DNA from: Octopus vulgaris
Taxonomy: Eukaryota
DNA: 64,000 bases
Reading direction: 5' to 3'
Assembly (NCBI GenBank): GCA_951406725.2
Contig: OX597818.1
Location: 7,688,001-7,752,000, forward strand
Shown: in pieces, positions 53,746 to 64,000 of the stretch
Position numbering within the stretch: the first letter of the stretch is position 1
How the letters are laid out: each line of letters begins with the position of its first letter
Notes under the pieces: model-generated
What the model was told of the DNA's origin: nothing
The model's input: the letters and a program-made list of their open reading frames with translations, nothing else
The model's database searches: none
Position numbers and translations under genes: made by a program

Positions 53746-55377
53746 CAGTTGCGGCCAAAATGTTCAGAACGGCAATGTTTTCGTCAGAAAAGTAGATATA
53801 ATTTTTTATCAAAGTTGTTTTATATTCTATAATTTTCACGGACAGTAAATACCATATTATTTGTTATTGCCTGAGATTTTGGTGTAATTTGAGAGGATAA
53901 TACAATGGTTATGGATGATTTAGTGATTTACTGCAAAATCAATGGCGGCCAAAATGATCAGAACGGTTGCTTGTACTCCGTGTTTCAGTATATTTAACCG
54001 GTGAACTCTAATGTTTTGAATTTGTTTACGTGACGGTTCGTTTACTAAACATTAGTAAGAATATTTGCAGTGTACTTTGTTAATATAATGCCACTTACTC
54101 CGTTACCAATTCGTCAGCAGATTATTAAGCTTCGAAAGAAGGATAATTTAAGTATTAGATATATTGCAAAGATTGTTAACAAGTCAAAAAGTGTTGTACA
54201 CGGTATTCTTTAGGTCTACGATGATTGTGGTTCGTTTGAAGCAAGAAAGTTTACAGGTAGGCCAAAAAAAAAACGACCAAGAGAGAAGATCGTGCTATGG
54301 TAAAGTTGGTTAAAAAAGACAGATTTAAAACTGCTGCTGTTGTTTCTTGGAAAATGAGCATTGTATTGAAGAAAACTTAATCTCGAAAAACTGTGTCTCG
54401 TCGTTTAGTTGAATATGACCTACAAGCAAGAGCGCCTGCAGTGAAGCTACTGATCAGCTCCAAGAATAAAAAGTGTCGTCTTACCTTTGCAACCGAACAT
54501 GTGTTGTGGTCTCAAGAAAAATGGCAAACAGTGCATTTCAGTGAGGAATCTAAGTTTATGCTATTTGGCTCAGATGGGAAAAGGTACGTTCGTAGAAAAG
54601 TAGGTGAAAAATTGTTGCCTAAATGCCTTAAGACTAGTGTTAAATTCGGTGGAGGTAGTGTCATGGTTTCGGGAATGATATCTGGAGATGGTGTGGGCCC
54701 TTTGGTGCGATTACATGGAAAGTTAAATGCAGGAGTTTATAAACAACTTGTAAAAGATCATGTCTTGCCTGTGCTGAGAAATTGAACTAAGCGACCACCC
54801 ATATTCATGCAAGACAATGCCCCCATGTCACAAGGCTAAGGTGGTCATGAACTACCTCAAGGCTGAAAAGGTTATCGTTATGGATTGGCCAGCTCACAGC
54901 CCAGATCTCAATCCTATTGAAAATGTATGGAATATTCTAGGAGAACGTTCGAAAGCCAGAAATCCTAAAACACCTGAGCAATTATGGAATGCCCTTCAGG
55001 AAGAATGGAATAAGATCACCCAACAAGAAATTGAAAATTTAATTTCCTCATGCAGTCGAAGATGTCAGAGTGTGATTGAAGCTAAAGGGCTTCACACTAA
55101 ATATTAAATAATTCCAGTATTCTCTGTCATGTTTGATTATTTTGTTATTTTTTCAACCGTTCTGATCATTTTGGCCGTCATGGGTTTTGTAGTAAATCAC
55201 TAAATCATCCATAACTTTTGTATTATCCTCTCAAATTACACCAACATCTCAGACAATAACAATTAATATTGTATTTATTGTCTGTGAAAATTATAGAATA
55301 CAAAACAACTTTGATAAAAACTTATACTTACTTTTCTGCCGAAAACAATGCCGTTTTGAACATTTTGGCCGCAACTG
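53746..55377 (+). mobile_element. Full-length Tc1-like transposon of IR/DR type, nested in a family B SINE
   Basis: 224-bp TIRs 53746-53969 and 55154-55377 with outer and inner direct repeats GCGGCCAAAATG(T/A)TCAGAACGG; TA target duplication; SINE B halves at 53694-53740 and 55945-56155. Confidence 0.96.
54088..55107 (+). pseudogene. Tc1 (DD34E) transposase with stops and frameshifts
   Basis: GRPK, VHFSEESKF (D>E), KFGGGSVMV, FMQDNA, WPAHSPDLNPIENVW, KGLHTKY. Confidence 0.94.
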
Positions 55378-55764
55378 TATATATATATAAAGCTAGTGGA
55401 GAAGCACACTCTAAGATTTAGTGCAGTTAATATTATAATGGGGAAGGCTGGTTTAAGTGGTAACCCTACATTTCGTACTCATAATGGATTTGTTATTACG
55501 GCGTATCTTCAAACGCCAAACATGCTGGCCTAACGCCTCTACAAATATGGTGTGAAAAGTGCCTCGCTGTGGCACAGGGAGGTAATCACCTATTCTTTAC
55601 TTTTATTGAGAGACATTTCTCTATCCATATTTGAAGTGATTTTACGCCAGCGTATTTGTGGTCTGAAAATACGCTTTAATGACAAACTTCTTATGAGCGA
55701 GAAAGCTAAGGTAACCGTCCTTCTTAATTGTTTGGTTTTAAAATAGTGGTTTTGTCTCGAATTT

Positions 55765-55809
<45 letters not shown>

Positions 55810-55825
55810 TATATGTGTGTATTTG

Positions 55826-55860
<35 letters not shown>

Positions 55861-55873
55861 TTGTATATATATG

Positions 55874-55904
<31 letters not shown>

Positions 55905-56457
55905 ATATATATATGTATATATATAGGTATGCATATATGAACGTGTTTGTGTCAGTATTTGTCCTTCTATCACCATCCCTTGACAACCAAAGTTGCTGTG
56001 TTTGTGTTCCCCGCAACGTAGCTGTTCTGCAGAAGAACTGACAGAACAAGCACCAGGCTTACAGGGAATACATCCAGGGACGATTCTTTCGACTAAAAGG
56101 CGGTGTTCCCTGCAGCATGGACAGCGTCAAATTACTGAGAAAAGTTAAAAAGAAAAAGCTTATCAGAAGAACATTCCGTACCTCTAAACCAACATTCCAT
56201 ACCTCCTTTGAATACCTCCTTTGAATATGTATAATGTATTTTCAGTCTAAATGTTAATTCTGTTTACGTTTGCGTAACTGAGATATTTTGGTTCGATTAT
56301 ATAGTTATCGGTTTCACGCCTCTCTCTATTTTCTGTAATTGACACAATATAGAATCATTTCTCATGGCACCTACACACAATTTACAGATGCTTACATTTC
56401 CATATTCTCCCTTGAGTTTTTACGGGTCCAGGTAGTTATTATTATTATTACTATTAT

Positions 56458-56605
56458 TATTACCTCCACCTTTGTCCGTGAACAAGATATCTCAAGAAAT
56501 GCTGGATGGGTTCGGATGAACTTTCAGGGATGTTTGGCCTCGTGACTGGCACGAACTGATTAGATTTTGGGATCGATCCGGTACTGATCAAGGATTCTGG
56601 ATGTC
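56458..56605 (+). mobile_element. Possible non-autonomous Helentron/HINE-like fragment
   Basis: TTATTACCTCC... start, TGTCCGTGAACAAGATATCTCAAGAA..CTGGATGG..TCGGATGAA.TTT and GATTAGATTTTGG..GATCCGG resemble recalled HINE layouts; not verified. Confidence 0.35.
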
Positions 56606-56914
56606 TGTTATATTTACTTTACATTACACGAAGTATTACAATCTTACGTTCTTTAAAGTTTTTCTCTGATTAATCTTCCTTGAAAGTTTTATTTTCGTCT
56701 CTCTACTATTAATTTTACTCGCGTCTCTATCTTAGTAGAAACTGATGGAAAAAGAAATCAAACTGCATAAACGAATGGCAGCGAAACCGACCAGAAAATA
56801 AATAATACTAACGTATTCAGTAAGAATATTAAATTTAATTTATCTTCAACAAATTTTCCCTTTACCAATTTTGAATATATCGCTCCTGTTGTTGCCTTTG
56901 CACAGCTTCTAACA

Positions 56915-57425
56915 CTAGTGTCAGCTGTTTACTTCTAGTGAACTAAGATAACTAAGAACTCCTATTTCTCGAGCATCTTCCGGAGTATTCGAGCGGTTCC
57001 AAGCAGTGCTGTTTTCTGCAAGTGCTCCACCCCAATTGCAATCCCTATTTGTCCCACGTATTTCTCGAGAGTTTTGCTCACTGTTCCGAGGACTCGGACT
57101 ATTATTGGTATTACTGCTACCTTTTTGTATCGACCACAACTGCTTAACTTCCCAAGCTAACCTGTCATATCTCTCGAAATTTCTTTCTTCGTTATTGCAC
57201 ACATTGTTGTCAGCTGGGCTTGTTATGTCTATGATCCAGTATAGTTTGTTTTCTTTATCAATTAAGACTATGTCTGGTTTCCGATTCTCAATCGCATGGT
57301 CGCACTGAATCATAAAATCCCAGAGGATAAACGTTTTTCTATTTTCGACGATGCCTTCAGGTTTGTGCTCGTACCATTTTTTGCTCTGTCAAGTCCATAA
57401 TTGTTGCAAAATAGCTTTTGATGTG
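56915..57425 (-). mobile_element. 3' end (RLE domain) of a second R4/Dong-like family
   Basis: WYEHKPEG, WDFMIQCDH, RKPDIVLIDK..WIIDI, ERYDRLAWEVKQLW, LQKTALLGTARILR. Confidence 0.85.
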
Positions 57426-57426
57426 T

Positions 57427-60400
57427 TTCTTCTTCTTCTTCTTCTTCTTCTTCTTCTTCTTCTTCTTCTTCTTCTTCTTCTTCTTCTTCTTCTTCTTCTT
57501 CTTCTTCTACTTCTTCTTCCTCCTCTTCTTCTTCTTCTTCTTCTTCTTCTTCTTCTTCTTCTTCTTCTTCTTCTTCTTCTTCTTCTTCTTTCTTCTTCTT
57601 CATATTTATTAGGTGGTATGATTTCTTGTTTGTATTTGTCAGCTTCCTTAAATACTGAGAACAGTTTTTGTCTTGCTCGTGTTTTGCCGCTATTTGTATC
57701 AGTTTTCCTTCCTTTTGAAGTAGGTATTTTTGCAGTCCTATGGTGGTTATTTTATTGTAGTTTTCCAGTTGTATAAGGCCTCTACCACCTTCTATACGTT
57801 GTATATATAGTCTTTCTGTGTCAGATTTTGGGTGATGCATCCTAGATCCTGTCATTATTTTTCATGTTTTCCTATTTATTTTGGTCAGTTCATTTAGTGT
57901 CCAGTTAAGGATAACTCATAACTGGGACAGCTAAAGTGTTAATACCTATTATCTTGTTGTTAGCATTGAGCTCTGTTTTTACTATTGATCTAACTCGTCT
58001 ATAATATTCTTTTTTTTAATTTTCTCTTTCATTTGTGTGTGTTGTGTCTTATCTAGTTCATGGATTCCTAAGTATTTGTAAGTTTGGCTTTAGTCTAATT
58101 CTTTTATTTCATTGGTTTTATCTAGTGTGATGTTGCTACTCTTAACTAGTTTTCCTCTTTTCAGGGTTACTTTGGCGCATTTTTCTAATCCAAATTTCAT
58201 ATCTATTTCTTTGGTAAATCCATGAACTGTCTTTAATAGTGTTTCCAGCTGTTTGTCATTTTCAGCGTATAGTTTTAGGTCATCCATATATAAAAGTTGG
58301 CTGATCGTTTTGCCGTAACATTTATATCCGCATCCAGTTCTATTTAGCATATCAGATAGGGGTGACAGTGCCAAGCAGAAAAGGAGTGGAGAGAGCGTGT
58401 CTCCCTGGAATATTCCTCTTCTAATGGGGATGTCTTTGGTTTTCATGAGTCCCTCTTTTGTTTGGAGCTGTAGCACTCTTTGCCATGTATTCATAGAGTG
58501 CCCTATGAATTTATTGATTGTTGGTGCTACTTTGTTAATAGCTAGTTGATCTTTACAGCCATATGAGTCTTTGCGGCATCCTTTCTGCTCTTCTGGAAAC
58601 AGGTTGTTTTCGTCGAGGTGCTTGTTCAACCTTTGCGATATCACTGCAGTAAATGCCTTGTACATTGTAGGGAGACAGGTTATTGGTCTGTAGTCTTCTA
58701 GTTTCGCTGTCCCATTTGAATTGGGAATTAAGATGGTTTTCTCCTTCGTGCGCCATTCAGGCATTGTCCCTGGCTCTGCTAGTATGTTGTTAAAGTTTTC
58801 AGCCAGCTTTTTGTGCATTCCTATTAGATATTTCAACCAGAAGTTGGGGATCTTGTCATGCCCAGATGCCTTCCAGTTGCTTAGTCTTTGCAGTGCCTGG
58901 GCGACCTCTTCAGTTGTTATGGGGGTCCAAAGTTGCTTAGATGCTGAGTTTGTTGTTTTAATACTACTTTCTTTTTTTTTTTTTTTGGTTGTTCGTTCGC
59001 CGACCATATTTCTCTCCAGAATTCTTCCACTTCTTCTGCCGTTTGTGCTGCAGTGATTTCTATTTTATTTTTGCCAAGTTCTTGGTAGAACTTTTGGGGG
59101 CTGGAGTTGAACTTTTTGTTTTGTTCAAAGAAGCGCTGGCGTTTTTCGTACCGGCGGATCCTTTGTGCTTTGGCAAGGATATCTTGCTTCAGCTTTTCTT
59201 TTATCTCTTGTTGCTCAGTAGCGTTGTTTGTCTACTGATTTCATTAAGAATCGACAGATCTTTTCTTATTTTTGTATTTTGTTTTGGATGTTATTTATCC
59301 ACAGGGTTTGTTTGGGTGGTGGTACTCCTGTTTGGATGGGTTTGAGTGAGTGTCCAGCTTCTTTTATGGCTGCAGTGGCTGCTGCGTATACTAAGTCATT
59401 TAGCTCAGTGATATCGCTTTTTGTTTCAGTGGCTATTAGTTCCGTGACGGCTAGGTTTATGCTGTTTATAATTGGTGTTGTTGTTTCGTCTATTTTGATT
59501 TTTTGGGAGGTATGGTCGGTGGTCCATTTTGAGCTCTGTGGTTTTCAGTTCTTTGATTATTTTACTTTTTATATTATCATAATCATTAGGCTCCCCTTCG
59601 TTGTTTTCAGGTTTTAGATTTGTGTCGCCTTCTTTCTTATTTATATGTTTGTTTGCCGTGTTTTGGCTTGCTGTTTGTCGTGTATTATTATGCATCCTTA
59701 CGGTCTGGGTTTGTTGTTTTTTGTTTACATTGTCTTTGTTGGGAATGTTACGTTTGTCTTCGTGTTTTACTGTTTCAGTGTTTATATTATTGGATATTGT
59801 TGTGTGGCTTCTATCTCCATTTTCCAGGTGTATTTTTTCTTTTAGATGTTCTATTTCTATTTCTGATATTTGTTGGCGTTGAGAATGTATTTTCGTACGT
59901 TTGCTAGTTTATTATGATTCATTGCTGTATCCAAGTCTATATTTATGTTATTTTCCTTCCATATTTTATATGTATGTGTTGTGTTTTCATTTTTTGTGTA
60001 GAGCACTGCTGTGAAGTATGCGTGTAGGATAGATATGTATTCCTCACGTGGTGTCCACTTATGTCTTTTGGGTTTTATTTGTGGGACATGAGGGACAACG
60101 GCCGGCCCATTATTTTGACGGTCGTCATTTTCGTAGGGTACCGGTCCGTTCATTTCTGTTGTCACATTGTTTTGCACGTCTAGTTTTTCGTACATTTTGT
60201 GTTGTAAGTTTAAAGTACGTACTTCCCGATTGTTATTCTTGGGTTGAATATTATCGGTGGTATTTAATTTCTTCGTAGTTTTTTTGTACATGGTGTTTGG
60301 GGTCGGGGATGATCTGGTGTTGATGGATCGTAATGTCCACGCATGTTTACATGTATTGTGTTAGAGGTAGAGATGATATCGAGTAAAAATACATCATTTT

Positions 60401-60564
60401 GTTTCGAAAATAGTAACAAATTTCAATGAGTATTACTTACTCGGATATAGTCCAATCCTTTGTTAGTAAATTTTTGGCTCCATACGATGTCTTTGTTTTC
60501 GATGTTTGTGGATAGATTTCGGAGCTCTGTTTTATCGTTCTTACATCTTAAACGTCCCCCGGTG

Positions 60565-60568
<4 letters not shown>
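57427..60568 (-). mobile_element. R4/Dong-like LINE: 5' end through RT, same family as 1597-3297
   Basis: N-terminal KRHKWT.REEY (Myb-like); RT ORF 58090..59007; near-identical to copy 1597-2432; 5' end abuts (AAT)n. Confidence 0.92.
58090..59007 (-). pseudogene. Reverse transcriptase (R4 clade), with an internal deletion
   Basis: WKASGHDKIPNFWLK, YRPITCLPT, EEQKGC, GIFQGDTLSPLLFCL, LYMDDLKLY; lacks the WIDY.KAFD block. Confidence 0.92.
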
Positions 60569-60597
<29 letters not shown>

Positions 60598-60599
<2 letters not shown>

Positions 60600-61000
60600 G
60601 GGCAGCGAGCTGACACAATCATTAGCATGCCGGGAGAAATGTTTAGCAGTATTTCGACTACTGCAACGTTCTGAGTTCGAATCCCGCCAAGGTTGAGTTT
60701 GCCTTTTAATCTATACTATTCTTTTATTCTATACTAAGGTCGATATAATCGACTAGCCCCTTCCCCACAAAATTTCTTGTCTTGCGCCTTTACTATTAAT
60801 ATTAGAGAAGCGCCATAGTGGTTATTGCGTCGGATAAAGTGCTAAGCATAACTTTTCCGGCGCTCTATTTGAGTTGAAATCCTGTTCCTTTTAATTTCAC
60901 CTTTTTTCTTTTAGGTTCGATAAAATAAGTTACTAGTCAAGCACTGGTGTCTTTATGATCGACAAACCTCTATCCCTAAAACTTTGCTTAAATTTGGAAC
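60598..61000 (+). mobile_element. Two degenerate SINE family A copies
   Basis: GGCAGCGAGCTGAC..., GAGTTCGAATCCCGCC, TCGATAAAATAAGT. Confidence 0.7.
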
Positions 61001-62017
61001 AAATATGTTTAGAATTAAAAAAGACTGATACCATGTGTAAAGAAATAACTTACAGTTTAATGTTTGTTTTGTTATTACTTTGTTCTATAATGCAAGCTAA
61101 TGGCTGTTTTACTTGCTCACTCTAGAGATATTATAAAGAATGAAGTCAGTGTTTTTTTTTTTTTTGTCAGAAACCAACTCATTCAGATATAATATTGAAT
61201 TTGTTTTATGTCAGGACCTGACACACACAAGATTCAATCAATTAGAAAGAGACGCAAAGAAAAATTAAAAATTCAGTTTATGTGCAACAAAGGAGGATAT
61301 CAAGAATAAATACAGAAGTTATTTGCAAATGATGTTTTGTGAGTAATGTATTCAATTAGCTATATATAATTCAAAGCTATATAGCATTTAAATTCTACAT
61401 TCTTTGCAAAACCAAAAAATTGCAGAAATTTTACTGCGTTTTTGTAGCTATCTATTCTTTTTAGGTTTAACCTCTAAAAACTTGATTACAATGTATATTT
61501 GAAACATTTTCATGTCTTAGACATTTTTGTAGCTCCGTGAATTGTATCAGTTGAGTGAGCTTTTGGATTGCATTCAAAATCTCTTTCCGTTGCAGAGATC
61601 TATATTCAGTGGAAGGATCCTACAAAAAACACCCATCGTGTCTACTTGATGATCCCTCATATACCTAAAAAAACTTCTCAGCCTGGCTCCTATTAGAATT
61701 AGGTGAAACAGTGCGAAAACTATATCACCAGAGTAAAAAATACGTATAGAGTCAAATACATCTATCCTGTCAATTATAAGAACCATAGAAACAAAGAAAA
61801 AAGAACACATGTAGTAAGATATGATCAAGATATCTCTTAAAATGTGACATGCATTTCTTTCTTGGGAGTGGGTTTTCTCGTTTGAAAAACAGTGAATAAC
61901 AAGTTACAGAGAAAAATTAAGTGCTGAAAAATTCCTTAGACTCTTAGGTATAACATAATTTGCAGTGTGAAGACTCAAAACAGGAGGTCATTAAAAAACT
62001 ACAACATTAAGTTTGTA

Positions 62018-62101
<84 letters not shown>

Positions 62102-62119
62102 CATCCATCTATCTATCTT

Positions 62120-62181
<62 letters not shown>

Positions 62182-62264
62182 ATAAAGTCACATAAGTTAG
62201 AAATCATAGCCATAAGTGAGATCAGACTCCACAATGAACAGGGGCGCCTTGTCGACTAGTTTCT

Positions 62265-63192
<928 letters not shown>

Positions 63193-63204
<12 letters not shown>

Positions 63205-63866
63205 TGGAGTTTAACGCAGGTGTAAATCAAATATTTTTACTTTCGACACATATTTCGAAAATTCCACTGATACTATTCAAAAGAATAAATGGTATAAACA
63301 ATGCAATCTTCTGTTCAGGAAAGGGAAAAAAAACGAAACTCGTCAATAAGTCATTTTAACAAAAAATGATGGATTTGTATAGCGATTAACTGAACGCTCT
63401 TAATATGATATAACGTCATAAGTAGCTTACAGAAAGAGTAGGGATATTAATAGTGAATGTTAAATAAAAAGAAATAAAAGTTTAAATTATATATAATGAT
63501 AGAGACTACTTATATGCACTAAATGTGTGTTTTTGCCAATGTTTACATATGTATGCTCGCTCTATAACAATGTTTAGTAGGGGATTTTTAGAAAAAAATA
63601 ATGAAAAATAGCTCAAAATTGCAGAGAAAACAGAATTCCTTGCCTTTGTCATGAGGTGTCGAGATTGACAGAATCAACCATTCTAAATGAAATTGTTCAT
63701 TGTGGTCTTTTAGATCCCAAATCAGTTTGCTGAGACCGGTACTATTACGTTTATTTCTCTCCCTAAATGTTGAGTAATGGATAGACATTCTTTTAGATAA
63801 CTCTAACGATGTGCTGCCAATGTAAAATCGTACTTTATTACGAGTACTGATTATAAACTCGTATAT
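63193..63866 (-). mobile_element. Second copy of the Nematis-like PLE 3' end (GIY-YIG and terminus; HHR 63239-63323 with mutated core CTGAACA)
   Basis: Co-linear with 38367-39030; ORF 63588..63788. Confidence 0.88.
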
Positions 63867-64000
63867 GGAAATGTTATCATGTACATTGTTTTTTTTTCTC
63901 GGTATAAAAGATGGCCTACAGCAAATATTCTGTTCAATACCACAGATTTGCTTGTCAGTTGTTTAACCTCAACCAGTTGAGCATGTCCCTTAGTGTCTGA
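63867..64000. mobile_element. Partial copy of the ~550-bp repeat (runs off the window)
   Basis: Matches 306-435. Confidence 0.85.

Noticed and set aside
55460-55520. Minus-strand TTGAAGA-TAC...GTAC-GAAA-TGTA
   Set aside because: 3-8 pair and stem I are broken; too degenerate to call.
60300-60568. HDV-like ribozyme at the 5' end of the R4/Dong LINE
   Set aside because: Could not assemble the nested double pseudoknot by eye.

Overview
Eukaryotic, AT-rich, microsatellite-saturated DNA made almost entirely of transposable-element remains. The SINE families and (AAT)n/(TA)n/(TATC)n load suggest an octopus or other coleoid cephalopod (inference). No host protein-coding gene can be supported, and most listed ORFs are microsatellite translations. 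Elements found: R4/Dong-type restriction-like-endonuclease LINEs sitting in (AAT)n, one nearly intact CR1-type LINE, Tc1 (IR/DR), rosa-like and mariner transposons, several tRNA-derived SINE families, and two Penelope-like element (PLE) families with GIY-YIG domains and inverted 5' parts. The main signal missed by the ORF track is about 11 type I hammerhead ribozyme (HHR) motifs from about 6 sequence families, folded by eye. Some lie in PLE termini. Others lie in non-coding, (TA)n-embedded, tandem or terminally redundant fold-back units that look like retrozymes. One family is a tRNA-headed SINE with an HHR tail. Several have variant cores (U4C; U3-A8) or long stem-II insertions. Boundaries of degenerate elements are approximate, and no ribozyme activity has been shown.
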